The notes under the pieces: generated by a model | Told to the model about the DNA's origin: nothing | The model's database searches: none | Seen by the model: only the letters and a program-made list of their open reading frames with translations | Program-made: the position numbers and the translations under genes | Part shown: positions 46,548 through 55,848 of the stretch, piece after piece | Layout: every line of letters begins with the position of its first letter | Position numbering within the stretch: position 1 is the first letter of the stretch | From: Halobacillus rhizosphaerae | GTDB lineage: Bacteria > Bacillota > Bacilli > Bacillales > Halobacillaceae | DNA: 64,000 nt | Direction: 5' to 3' | Assembly (NCBI RefSeq): GCF_046719735.1 | Contig: NZ_JAUTWQ010000003.1 | Span: forward strand, 30,246-94,245

Positions 46548-47420
46548 TCAATCAAATACATTTAACCATTCTTGATTTATTTTGTTATTATTTCTATCTC
46601 CACTAATGCCACCTTTTTTTCTACCTTCTGAAATTAAGTGTGAATTTTCAGACAGTTTTCTACCTTCTGAAACATAAACTTTTATTTTCATTTTATTTAT
46701 TTTTGCTGATTGTTGTAACTTATGTACATAGTCTATAATATTGAAATCGTAACCATAACCAGATGTATTTTGATATGGTGGGTCAATATATATGATACTG
46801 TTGTTCTCTGGTATTGATAAATCATTAATATCTGTACAAACAGCTTTAATATTGTCCATTTTATCTAAAATCATCTTAACTCTTTCAAGTAAAGTGTTTG
46901 GCATAGGCATCATGGGATTTACTGGACTTTTACGGTTACTTGTTTTTGTTGGAGTCCAATAACTCCTAAAGCTTGAAGTACACCACTCGTTCTTATTCTT
47001 CAACCAGATGGCTTTTGAACCAAAAGAAGAAGCTTGAAGAATAAGGAATTTATAAACTGTATCAATGTTAGCAGGTTGACTGTAAATATATTTAACGTGT
47101 TTTTGAATCTCAGATACATTTTTTGGAATTTCATTTATGTATGTGTTAAAAATATTAATGTCAAAACTTCCATCTGATATACTTTGCCAAAAACTACCCC
47201 AAACACTCTTGTCTAGCATTTTAATGTTTTCTGCTTTTATACCTCTATTAATTAATTCAATAGAGACAGACCCACTCCCACAGCATAAATCATAGAATTT
47301 AGTATCTTCGTTAATTTCATTTTCTTTATAAAAAATATCAACAATATCTTTTGCTATACGACTTTTTCCACCTTGATACGCACAAGGAATGGTTAATTTA
47401 TCCTTTTTCGTTTTTGACAT
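46548..47420 (-). CDS. Dam-like N6-adenine DNA methyltransferase (orphan)
   Basis: Motif I DLCCGSGSV, motif IV DPPY and N-terminal YQGGKSRIA resembling Dam AGGK. No adjacent restriction endonuclease. Confidence 0.8.
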   Translation of the reverse strand: MSKTKKDKLTIPCAYQGGKSRIAKDIVDIFYKENEINEDTKFYDLCCGSGSVSIELINRGIKAENIKMLDKSVWGSFWQSISDGSFDINIFNTYINEIPKNVSEIQKHVKYIYSQPANIDTVYKFLILQASSFGSKAIWLKNKNEWCTSSFRSYWTPTKTSNRKSPVNPMMPMPNTLLERVKMILDKMDNIKAVCTDINDLSIPENNSIIYIDPPYQNTSGYGYDFNIIDYVHKLQQSAKINKMKIKVYVSEGRKLSENSHLISEGRKKGGISGDRNNNKINQEWLNVFD

Positions 47421-47431
47421 TTAATCACCTT

Positions 47432-47458
47432 TATATAATTATTTATTGCATTTATAAA
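47432..47458 (-). promoter_or_regulatory. SPBRE-like promoter variant TTATAA-N16-TATAAA upstream of Dam methyltransferase
   Basis: Minus strand reads TTATAAATGCAATAAATAATTATATAAA. Confidence 0.45.
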
Positions 47459-47470
47459 ACTCGCATTTTA

Positions 47471-47770
47471 TTAATCTAATTCTGTTATTCCTTGTTGAAT
47501 TGATAATCTTAAACTTGCAATATGCTCTAATCTAGTATTGTCGAATTTATCTCTAGAATTTTGAATGTCCGTTTCCATCGACTCTAAGCACTCTAATATA
47601 TCAATTAAAATTTCTCTGGTTGTCAATTTCTTATTTAAGTTTTTTTGCAATTGTGCTTCTGTAAAGAATCCTCCACAATCTAAGCATTTTCTTTTAGGTG
47701 GTTCTGATAGGTATATACAATCTTGAAGATTGGTATGCTTGCATGAATTTTTTTCATTCATATTTTTCAC
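47471..47770 (-). CDS. hypothetical protein with PPKRKCLDCG zinc-ribbon motif
   Basis: Paralogous motif to the ORF at 40266..40772. Confidence 0.35.
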   Translation of the reverse strand: MKNMNEKNSCKHTNLQDCIYLSEPPKRKCLDCGGFFTEAQLQKNLNKKLTTREILIDILECLESMETDIQNSRDKFDNTRLEHIASLRLSIQQGITELD

Positions 47771-47933
47771 CTCTGTATAAAATGGAAATTTTCTTCAAAG
47801 TAATTTTACTAATTTTTGTAGGTCATCTTTGGCTATTCTTACATAATTATGATTAATAGTTATGTAAACATGATTTTCTCCAATATCGAACTCTATACCT
47901 TCTACAGCTTCTTCTTGACTGCTTACTTCTTTA

Positions 47934-48212
47934 TCAATTACAACTTTCATTTAATTCGATCTCCTTCACAATGTCTTCAAGCTCTTCTTCACCATGAATA
48001 TCTCTTACCATTTCCAAATAATGAGACATAGGGTATTCATCTTCTAAATCCTGAAATCTATATTCGAAATCTCTGGTTGCTTCTTTTATTGCTTCGGCAA
48101 TAAAAAATTTCCTCAATTTTCTCTTAGACATATTTACCAAAATGAAATTATCTACAATAGTAGACCAAACTGAATATTTGCCATTTGTTTGTTTAACAAT
48201 TCTTCTACCCAT
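47934..48212 (-). CDS. hypothetical protein
   Basis: 92 aa. Confidence 0.25.
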   Translation of the reverse strand: MGRRIVKQTNGKYSVWSTIVDNFILVNMSKRKLRKFFIAEAIKEATRDFEYRFQDLEDEYPMSHYLEMVRDIHGEEELEDIVKEIELNESCN

Positions 48213-48244
48213 GCCTAAACCTCCTGTATGTATCGTAATTTTAT

Positions 48245-48285
48245 TATATAATAATTTGTTGCATTTGTAAAGTGCAACAATAATT
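48245..48285 (-). promoter_or_regulatory. SPBRE-like promoter TTTACA-N17-TATAAT embedded in a palindrome TTGTTGCA-N9-TGCAACAA
   Basis: Minus strand reads AATTATTGTTGCACTTTACAAATGCAACAAATTATTATATAAT. Confidence 0.6.
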
Positions 48286-48506
48286 TATTCTTTATTATTT
48301 TCTTTCTTGGATTTCTCATATAATTCTTCAATCATTTGATCAAACATTTCTTCTGCAAACTTGCCACCCTGCATACCTGTTCCTTCGCAATCTGGGCAAG
48401 GATATCCAGTATCATTAATATGCGCTCTTTCTGTTCCACTGCCGTTACACCATTTACAATTAGCAAATAATTTCTCTTGCTCTGCTGTTAATTTCATTTT
48501 TGACAT
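48285..48506 (-). CDS. small DnaJ-type zinc-finger protein (CxxCxGxG repeats)
   Basis: CKWCNGSG...CPDCEGTG. Confidence 0.45.
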   Translation of the reverse strand: MSKMKLTAEQEKLFANCKWCNGSGTERAHINDTGYPCPDCEGTGMQGGKFAEEMFDQMIEELYEKSKKENNKE

Positions 48507-48536
48507 TTTAAATCCTCCTTGTGTAAAAGAAACATT

Positions 48537-48758
48537 TTATTCATTAATCTTAATTCCCAATACCTTGCTTATCTGAATAAACATTGCATGTAATTCATTT
48601 GTATTAAGACTATTAGTTGCACAAACACCTTGTCTTTTCTTGAAATCTTCTATAACTGTCAAATGAAAGTCAACTCCATTATCAGTTGCTAATTCCATTT
48701 TTTGATGAGATTCTTCTGTTTCTTTCATTAAAGAGAAGATAGTTTTTAATTCATTCAT
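48537..48758 (-). CDS. hypothetical protein
   Basis: 73 aa. Confidence 0.25.
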   Translation of the reverse strand: MNELKTIFSLMKETEESHQKMELATDNGVDFHLTVIEDFKKRQGVCATNSLNTNELHAMFIQISKVLGIKINE

Positions 48759-48793
48759 TTTCTAACCTCCTAAATATGTATAAAACAAAGATT

Positions 48794-49285
48794 TTATTTA
48801 TTTCTAATTAGTTTTTCATACTCATAGTATTCATAAATTTTTCCACTGTAGGTACTTATGAGTTTTTCATAATCTTCCTTTAGTGCTGTAAATCCATTGT
48901 AAACATAGCATCTCTTCAAATCTTCCATGTCATTTGCTGTAGCAGGTATCAGATTTTGATGACCAATAATTTTTCTAGCGTTCTCATTTAAACCAGACCA
49001 CCATTGACCATTACATTTAACGACTTCTCCGTTTTCTAGAGGGATTTCAAATTCTCTTCCTGCAAATGCTTTCCATTTACCAATCGGTTTTTCATAATAT
49101 AAACAATCAAAGAATACACCTGTTTGATCTTTCCCTATAATCACATCATCAAATTTGCTGTATGTAAGTTTAATCTTATCTTTCATAACTAAAGCAACTC
49201 GACCATTGAATTTTACTAAAGCTAAAAGCTCCTGCATTTTAGAATCATCCTCACTCATATTCTTCTGGGTTTTCATAATAATCAT
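48794..49285 (-). CDS. hypothetical protein
   Basis: 163 aa. Confidence 0.25.
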   Translation of the reverse strand: MIIMKTQKNMSEDDSKMQELLALVKFNGRVALVMKDKIKLTYSKFDDVIIGKDQTGVFFDCLYYEKPIGKWKAFAGREFEIPLENGEVVKCNGQWWSGLNENARKIIGHQNLIPATANDMEDLKRCYVYNGFTALKEDYEKLISTYSGKIYEYYEYEKLIRNK

Positions 49286-49463
49286 CGACTGAATTTTTAA
49301 ATCCGTTCATTACATCTTCTTCTGTATCTTCACTATCATAGTGACCAGAAAGCATTTCCCAATCAGTTTCGATCTCTGTGACAGTATAAAAAATCATATC
49401 CCATCCACCCAAACACTCTTCACGCTTTACTTCAATTTCAAAACCTCTATAGATTGTTTTCAT
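49251..49463 (-). CDS. hypothetical acidic protein
   Basis: 70 aa. Confidence 0.25.
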   Translation of the reverse strand: MKTIYRGFEIEVKREECLGGWDMIFYTVTEIETDWEMLSGHYDSEDTEEDVMNGFKNSVDDYYENPEEYE

Positions 49464-49716
49464 AATAAAAAACCCTACCTAATGATTCTAGATAATCTTC
49501 AAATTCACAAACATACATTGTTTTACATTCGTAATCTTCAATTTCACAAAAGTAAGCATAATCACCTTCAATTTCACAAAAGTAAGCATAATCACCTTTA
49601 TAGTCCATATCTGGTGATACTCCGATAATTTTCAGAGTATCACCATTAGAATAATCATGAAACTTATCACCGATCTTGAATTTTGGCTCAACAGTATATT
49701 TTGACATTCTATTCAC
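49447..49716 (-). CDS. hypothetical protein containing in-frame 30-bp tandem duplication
   Basis: GDYAYFCEIE is repeated. The DNA repeat units are at 49541-49570 and 49571-49600. Confidence 0.3.
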   Translation of the reverse strand: MNRMSKYTVEPKFKIGDKFHDYSNGDTLKIIGVSPDMDYKGDYAYFCEIEGDYAYFCEIEDYECKTMYVCEFEDYLESLGRVFYYENNL

Positions 49717-50053
49717 CTTCGATCTTTGTAGTAAATGTGATTTTCTTATGTTCTTTTATGAGTTTTTCATACTCACTTTCTTGATAATTTTCTTTCTTTG
49801 ATATTTTTAGAAATTCCTTAACTCTCTCGATAATCAATTTCTCAACCTCTTTGCTATCCAATTTCTTGAGTACATCTACACATCTCTTTTGAAATACACT
49901 ATTGGAATAACATTCACCAAAAGTATTTACCAAATCTAAAGACCAACAGGTTTTGTAAAATAAAGATTTCTCAGTTTTAAATTTAATATCATAATACAGA
50001 AGGTCATACCAATCTGAATGTTTTAGAGTTGCTTTGATCTTAATTTCCATCAT
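49709..50053 (-). CDS. hypothetical protein
   Basis: 114 aa. Confidence 0.25.
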   Translation of the reverse strand: MMEIKIKATLKHSDWYDLLYYDIKFKTEKSLFYKTCWSLDLVNTFGECYSNSVFQKRCVDVLKKLDSKEVEKLIIERVKEFLKISKKENYQESEYEKLIKEHKKITFTTKIEGE

Positions 50054-50496
50054 TATTCACCTTTTAACAGTGATTCAATTTCGTCAATTTCAAGCTCAAC
50101 CTTTTTGCCATCAGATAATAATTCAGAAAGTTTTGTTTCCATTGCTTTCATTTTTTTAATTTCATCTTTCTTATAAAGAATGTCTAATTTTGAAGTGATA
50201 TCAGTGATCCATTCATCAAGTTTGTAGCCACTGTATTCAACTTCATTTTCCATTTTTAAGAATTTTGAAGATAGAAAATATGTATGTAGTTTAATAAGTA
50301 AATGTTGTAGTTTTTCTTTATCTAAAGCATTTAAATTGAATCTTACTCCATCTAGTTCTAAGCTACAGTTTGTCACTGGTGAAAATCGTGTTAGTATACC
50401 AATATTCTTTTTCTTTTCTGCAATTTGCTTCTTTAATAATAAAATTCTTTCATCATTATTAGCCATTATTTTTACCATCCTTATATAATTTTCCAT
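50053..50496 (-). CDS. hypothetical coiled-coil protein
   Basis: 147 aa. Confidence 0.25.
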   Translation of the reverse strand: MENYIRMVKIMANNDERILLLKKQIAEKKKNIGILTRFSPVTNCSLELDGVRFNLNALDKEKLQHLLIKLHTYFLSSKFLKMENEVEYSGYKLDEWITDITSKLDILYKKDEIKKMKAMETKLSELLSDGKKVELEIDEIESLLKGE

Positions 50497-51529
50497 TTTC
50501 TAAATAAACATTTTTATACGTTGGTTTATAAGCATTGAACAAATCTTCTAGAGTTCCTTGATAAGTTTCATCTCTGCTACCCCAACGGCTATTGTCTTTA
50601 ATTCTTTTGGTGACAGTATACAGACCATCATTATTTCTACTTTCCCTAAAGTCAATGGAATCTTTTTGTTGATCATAACAGCAAATCCGCCAATTGTTCT
50701 CAAGACCTGCTCTAATCTCTTCTAATGTATAAGGAAGGTATTTATCTTTACTATGGTCAATTGGGGAATAGCTTGAGTTACATTCCATTTTATCGAAGAG
50801 TTCTGCATAATTTTCTACACATTCCTCTGAAACAACAGAGATTAGTTTTCTTGTAACTGCTTTCATGATTCTGAATCCGCTATAACAATTGTCAGTGTAG
50901 AAGTAGAATGATTTACCTTTTTTCTTTTCTGCTTTCTCATGTCTCCAACTATAATTATATTCATCAAACTTACCCATGAATATTAATTCTTCATTATCTT
51001 TAGTTAAATATGTAGCACCTATTTTTAAATCTTTAGCTTTGATAAACTCATTGGCATGAACAATAGCATTATATTCAGTCATAGCTTTATAGTCTGGTGA
51101 ATCAACTGGCACTAAAACTAAATCTGTACCATCCCAAGCATAGACAAAATCACCTTCAAGACCTTTACCTTTAATTGAGTTAGTATTTTCTAGTATGTAT
51201 AAGAGATTTGGTACACTAATTTCAAACTCGAATCCTCTTGGATCATAGACACGTACATAAGTTTGTCGGTGATTCCAACCAGTATCATACCCACCTGCTT
51301 TTTTATTTAAGACAAATCCAGAAGTAGGTTCATTGTCAAAGATTTCATTATCAATTTTGCTATCTCTCCAACCATTCCAAGAAGCTTCTTTGCGTAATTT
51401 TCCTTTTTCATCGAAATAAATTATATAAGCAAGCTTTCCAGTGTATGTATCATTGCGATTAACAAATCCAACATTAATCTGTTTGGGCATAAAAATATTA
51501 GTTTTCATAATCAAACTCCTTAAAATCAA
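50459..51529 (-). CDS. hypothetical protein
   Basis: 356 aa with no recognisable motif. Confidence 0.3.
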   Translation of the reverse strand: MILRSLIMKTNIFMPKQINVGFVNRNDTYTGKLAYIIYFDEKGKLRKEASWNGWRDSKIDNEIFDNEPTSGFVLNKKAGGYDTGWNHRQTYVRVYDPRGFEFEISVPNLLYILENTNSIKGKGLEGDFVYAWDGTDLVLVPVDSPDYKAMTEYNAIVHANEFIKAKDLKIGATYLTKDNEELIFMGKFDEYNYSWRHEKAEKKKGKSFYFYTDNCYSGFRIMKAVTRKLISVVSEECVENYAELFDKMECNSSYSPIDHSKDKYLPYTLEEIRAGLENNWRICCYDQQKDSIDFRESRNNDGLYTVTKRIKDNSRWGSRDETYQGTLEDLFNAYKPTYKNVYLENGKLYKDGKNNG

Positions 51530-51866
51530 AGTGAGTTTCTTCTAATTTAAATATTTTACCTTTATATTCAAGTACAGTAGCTACAAAAACATCAACAAAT
51601 TCTACAACTTTATATCCATCTTCAAAACTAATATTAAATTGATTCTCAACACCATATGGATAGATTGATGAATGTAAGCCTTCAAATTCAAATGGGCATC
51701 TAGCTTCCACTTTTAGCATAAACTCTGCTTCACTGTATTTATTTCTATCATCTTCACTATCATGTAAATATTCACACAAAACATTCATTTTCTTATATGT
51801 TCCATCTTTTACATGTCGGTAAGTAAGCAATGTTTTTACTGTTGGAATAACCATGATTTCATTCAC
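51498..51866 (-). CDS. hypothetical protein
   Basis: 122 aa. Confidence 0.25.
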   Translation of the reverse strand: MNEIMVIPTVKTLLTYRHVKDGTYKKMNVLCEYLHDSEDDRNKYSEAEFMLKVEARCPFEFEGLHSSIYPYGVENQFNISFEDGYKVVEFVDVFVATVLEYKGKIFKLEETHFDFKEFDYEN

Positions 51867-52089
51867 CTCTCATGACAATTTTGAACTTTTCTTTTAGTGT
51901 TAATGAATCATCAATTAAATATGGAATTGGTTGAATCATTGTCTTGGCATATTCTGAATCCTTTTCATCTTCAAGTAATTGATTGAAAAACTCTGTAGTC
52001 ATCTTAACTACTTTTACACGTTTCCCCTGCTTTGCTTCTGCCGTCAAAATTAAAGAGTATAAACTGTCTAATTGATTAAATTTTTCCAT
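51859..52089 (-). CDS. hypothetical protein
   Basis: 76 aa. Confidence 0.25.
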   Translation of the reverse strand: MEKFNQLDSLYSLILTAEAKQGKRVKVVKMTTEFFNQLLEDEKDSEYAKTMIQPIPYLIDDSLTLKEKFKIVMRGE

Positions 52090-52103
52090 TGTTAATCTCT
52101 CCT

Positions 52104-52631
52104 TTATTTTAAATCAATATTGTATCCTTCTTTTACAGTTCCTTGAGGAACATAGATATATTTCTTAGTACCAGTAAAAAACATAAATTTAAGAAAATTA
52201 TTTTCAAATCCCTCTTCAATCTCTTCAATTCTAGGTTTTGAATTATCATCTATGTATCTAACCACATAGCTACTTGCATTAATTGAATCAATTTTATAAC
52301 CACCATCTTTTTTAATCGCATAGTTATATTGAAGTTCTCCATCTATATAACCACTACCTAAGAAGAACTCACCATGAACCCCTTGACCATCTTGTAATGC
52401 CACTATATTAATAGTTGATGAAACTTTGTGATAACGTTCTCCATTTTCAAAAATATGATTGAGGAATATCATTGCAGGAAAGAGTACAAGCAAAAATCCT
52501 AGAATGCAACCTGCAAACATTCCTACTCCTATAAACTTTTCGCCAAGACTATGTTCTGTTATTAAAGAGACTATAAATACTACAGTCAACGTTAATACCA
52601 GTGCAATGAAAACATAAATAATCGAACCCAT
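52104..52631 (-). CDS. hypothetical membrane protein
   Basis: Three N-terminal TM helices. Confidence 0.3.
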   Translation of the reverse strand: MGSIIYVFIALVLTLTVVFIVSLITEHSLGEKFIGVGMFAGCILGFLLVLFPAMIFLNHIFENGERYHKVSSTINIVALQDGQGVHGEFFLGSGYIDGELQYNYAIKKDGGYKIDSINASSYVVRYIDDNSKPRIEEIEEGFENNFLKFMFFTGTKKYIYVPQGTVKEGYNIDLK

Positions 52632-52660
52632 TTTAATCTCCTTTTTATAAAAGTGTAATT

Positions 52661-53116
52661 TTATTCGCTATCATTAAGAATTATTTCTCCATCTTCTCCG
52701 ATAAATGCTCTACCATAATCCCAAGACAGCAACTTTGCATTACCATGACCGCCTCTAACAGTCACAATTTCTCTACCTTCATATGTAGCATAATGATCTT
52801 TTTTTAAACAAATTCTTGCAGGTTCTTTTGCTTCAAATTTTTCAAATTCTTTATCTAAGTCAGTGACTTTTCCATCTATTTCATCTTGAGTGACCACAAT
52901 TTTATGACCATCTATATCAAATATGTATCTGTCATTAATTTTAATGTAATCTTTTTCTTTTGATTGTTTTGAGATTATTTTATTATTTAAATACTTACAA
53001 ATTAAAAGAAACATTGCCCAACTTACAACAATACCAAACATAAGTATAAGTAAAGCCATAGATATCATATCACTCTTTATCATTTGATTCACCATTTTCA
53101 TTACCACTAATTTCAA
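52661..53116 (-). CDS. hypothetical membrane protein
   Basis: One TM helix plus a soluble domain. Confidence 0.3.
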   Translation of the reverse strand: MKLVVMKMVNQMIKSDMISMALLILMFGIVVSWAMFLLICKYLNNKIISKQSKEKDYIKINDRYIFDIDGHKIVVTQDEIDGKVTDLDKEFEKFEAKEPARICLKKDHYATYEGREIVTVRGGHGNAKLLSWDYGRAFIGEDGEIILNDSE

Positions 53117-53281
53117 ATGATAATGTTGCAGGAAAAATCAAACAAAGCAATGGAAATAGACTTCCTGTTGTGATTATTGCGACACTAATAGCTATAGAAG
53201 TAGCTATCCAAGTAATTGCATAAGCAGTTGTAGCTTTCATAAATAGTTCATCCTTTCATAAAACATTGCTTTTATCCAAAA

Positions 53282-53527
53282 TTATTTCAGCACTTCAAGC
53301 ATATATGCTACGAATTTTATAATTAAATGAATTACAAAACACACTAATACGACAACAAATATGCATCCTAAAACAGAAAACAATAAAGCAAACCCGAATG
53401 CAACCCCTTCCATTAGAGAAAATACTAAAAACAAAGCTAAAGAGAAGAATACTATCAAGAATAACCATTGTTTCCAATTTAAATCTTCCATGTTAATCAC
53501 CTCTGTATAAAATATATTTTTTATCAA
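53282..53527 (-). CDS. small membrane protein (2 TM)
   Basis: 81 aa. Confidence 0.3.
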   Translation of the reverse strand: MIKNIFYTEVINMEDLNWKQWLFLIVFFSLALFLVFSLMEGVAFGFALLFSVLGCIFVVVLVCFVIHLIIKFVAYMLEVLK

Positions 53528-53763
53528 TCTTCTTTTATAACTTCAATCTCATATCCCTTAATAGATACTTCCTCTATCTCCACACATCTATCTGGTATAT
53601 TAAATCCACCATTTCCAATTTGATTTAATGCATCTCCAAATAACTCTGTGGCTTCTTCTTTACTTGAAGCAGGGATAAATTGAGTAAAAGTTGATGGCTC
53701 TAATCTATTTTCCGTTGGGTGAGTTATATTCCATACATGACAGATGAATAATTTTAATTTCAT
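53524..53763 (-). CDS. hypothetical protein
   Basis: 79 aa. Confidence 0.25.
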   Translation of the reverse strand: MKLKLFICHVWNITHPTENRLEPSTFTQFIPASSKEEATELFGDALNQIGNGGFNIPDRCVEIEEVSIKGYEIEVIKED

Positions 53764-53784
53764 GTCATTACCTCCAATGGTTTA

Positions 53785-53994
53785 TCAATCTTCTCCGAAA
53801 CTACGAGTTTTATATGTTACTTTAAAACTCTCTATTTTAGAAGTTGCAACATATAATCCTGCAATTCCGAAAAAATTATTCTTCTTCATGGTTTCGCAAA
53901 GAAAATCTTCAAATTCTTTTTTATTCAAATCACTTTTGTATTCATCTTTGTAAGTATTATCACTTGTAGCTATTTGTAGTTTATATGTTTTCAT
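53785..53994 (-). CDS. hypothetical protein
   Basis: 69 aa. Confidence 0.25.
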   Translation of the reverse strand: MKTYKLQIATSDNTYKDEYKSDLNKKEFEDFLCETMKKNNFFGIAGLYVATSKIESFKVTYKTRSFGED

Positions 53995-54007
53995 GTTATC
54001 GCTCCTT

Positions 54008-54211
54008 TCAATCTTGGAAATATCGCCTTACATCTTCTTTTAGTGAATATAGCCTTGCGATCTTGCTATCCACCAAGTCATTCCATTCTTGAAATTCTCT
54101 TTGACACACTTCACCTTCATTTTGTACGATACCTCTTAGATGTTGAATATCTGTTCCAAGCTGTACAATTTCATCAAACAATTCTCTTCTGCTTTTATGC
54201 TGTCTAGGCAT
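54008..54211 (-). CDS. hypothetical protein
   Basis: 67 aa. Confidence 0.25.
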   Translation of the reverse strand: MPRQHKSRRELFDEIVQLGTDIQHLRGIVQNEGEVCQREFQEWNDLVDSKIARLYSLKEDVRRYFQD

Positions 54212-54214
54212 TTG

Positions 54215-54865
54215 TTAATCCTCCTTTCTAATTGGATTAATAATAAATTCTAAGTAATCAATATTGATCCATGTTAATATTTTTTCATATCTCTCCAAAG
54301 AGAAATTGAGGTTATCACTAGCATACCAATCATCAAGTTCATGTTTCCATTTACTGCTATTACAAGATTTACATGCAGGAACATTGTTAGATAGATCATT
54401 TTCTCCATCATGAATTACATGCTCCTTGTGTAGAGATTGATTGTAAATCTTGACTGAATCATTTTGAGAAATTCCACAATAAGCACATTTGTACTTAAAA
54501 TATTTTAAACAATTCTCCCATTCAACATCTGTAATCTCATGTTTTTTGTTCTCAGTGCGTTTTTTTCGATATTCTTTAATTTTGTCTTTATTCTTCATCT
54601 GCCACGCTTTGTATTGCCCATTTTTTCTGTATTCTTTTCCATATGTATAAAAATGTTGTCTTCCCTTTTCAGACACATTATACTTATGAAGTGATTCTTT
54701 TCTCTTGTTGGGATTATCTTTTTGCCATTTAGCACTCTTATATTTTGTACAATTCTTACAGTAAGGAAAGTAATAAATATATTCACCTTTTTTAACGGAC
54801 TTGGCTTTCTTTTTATAAAATTCACTATAGCTTTTAACTTTATTGCATATATTACATTTTTTCAT
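54215..54865 (-). CDS. HNH endonuclease with N-terminal Cys-rich zinc-binding region
   Basis: HNH core CAYCG...HKEHVIHDGENDLSNNVPACKSCNSSK. Confidence 0.7.
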   Translation of the reverse strand: MKKCNICNKVKSYSEFYKKKAKSVKKGEYIYYFPYCKNCTKYKSAKWQKDNPNKRKESLHKYNVSEKGRQHFYTYGKEYRKNGQYKAWQMKNKDKIKEYRKKRTENKKHEITDVEWENCLKYFKYKCAYCGISQNDSVKIYNQSLHKEHVIHDGENDLSNNVPACKSCNSSKWKHELDDWYASDNLNFSLERYEKILTWINIDYLEFIINPIRKED

Positions 54866-55071
54866 TGCCTCAATCTTTCATCTACTTCTCTAAATCTAGG
54901 AATTTCTTCATCGTTTTCCACTCTAACTAATTCATGAAATACCTCTGTTGGTCTAACCCAAACCATTCCATTTTCAACACTCATATAGATTGTCACTTCT
55001 TCTAAAGATGGTTCATACCAACCTTCGAATAAAACACGATACAATCCACCTTTATAATGTTTGTAAAGCAT
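54862..55071 (-). CDS. DUF1653-like small protein
   Basis: YKHYKGGLY N-terminal motif. Confidence 0.4.
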   Translation of the reverse strand: MLYKHYKGGLYRVLFEGWYEPSLEEVTIYMSVENGMVWVRPTEVFHELVRVENDEEIPRFREVDERLRQ

Positions 55072-55379
55072 TAGTTACTATCTCCCTTTTTCTTCGCAAT
55101 TGACAAATTTAAGTCCTTTACAAAATAATTACCATCATAAGAAACATTTACTATATTTTCCTTTTTTACTGCACGATATGTCTGACTTGCAACTTCCAGT
55201 TCAATACGCTGATTATCCTTTTCTACAATTATGTAATAATCAAAATCGTCATAACATCTAATACAGTCAATCTTTTTCTTGATTTTATCTTTAATTACAG
55301 CATTTTCGATTGTGCTAGTTGATTCACAGCCAGTAAAAAATAATATGGATGAGAGACAAATCAATAGTAGTAGTCTCAT
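55071..55379 (-). CDS. putative lipoprotein
   Basis: Signal peptide with lipobox FFTGC. Confidence 0.5.
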   Translation of the reverse strand: MRLLLLICLSSILFFTGCESTSTIENAVIKDKIKKKIDCIRCYDDFDYYIIVEKDNQRIELEVASQTYRAVKKENIVNVSYDGNYFVKDLNLSIAKKKGDSN

Positions 55380-55388
55380 TTTAACCTC

Positions 55389-55811
55389 CTAAACAGCATA
55401 ATTAATTTTTGCTTTTGGCAATTTTAAAGCCCATCTATATAGTTTAAGATTAATCTGTACCAGTTCTTCAAATCCTTCTATGCCAGTTAAATTTCTATTA
55501 AAATTATCTATATAAAATGTAGTTTCAGATCGAAAGTGAAATCCTTCTGGGCAGGACTTAGGTGGAACTTCAAAGTATAGATATGTACCAATCATTCCTT
55601 GGTTTAAGTGACCACTGCAACAATATTTAGTCGTATATCCTTTCTTATTCAATTCAATAATTGTTGGAAGGATTAATTCGTCAACTTCAACTACACTTCC
55701 ATTACATTTAGGAGAAGGACAATAAGATACTACATAACCTTGGTTTATAACTTGTAGCTGATATTCTTCAAATTCTCCATAACATTTAGTACACATGTGA
55801 TGCATTGGCAT
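55389..55811 (-). CDS. hypothetical Cys-rich protein
   Basis: 140 aa with C-x-x-C, CPSPKC and CCSGH motifs. Confidence 0.3.
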   Translation of the reverse strand: MPMHHMCTKCYGEFEEYQLQVINQGYVVSYCPSPKCNGSVVEVDELILPTIIELNKKGYTTKYCCSGHLNQGMIGTYLYFEVPPKSCPEGFHFRSETTFYIDNFNRNLTGIEGFEELVQINLKLYRWALKLPKAKINYAV

Positions 55812-55821
55812 TCATCCTTTA

Positions 55822-55848
55822 TATGTGATTATTTATTGCACTTATAGT
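55822..55848 (-). promoter_or_regulatory. SPBRE-like element variant with TATAAA -10
   Basis: Minus strand reads CTATAAGTGCAATAAATAATCACATATAAA. Confidence 0.45.

Noticed and set aside
53295-54825. ORFs 53295..53477(-), 53744..53953(+), 54595..54825(-) and 54722..54937(+)
   Set aside because: Overlapping alternative frames of better-supported genes.
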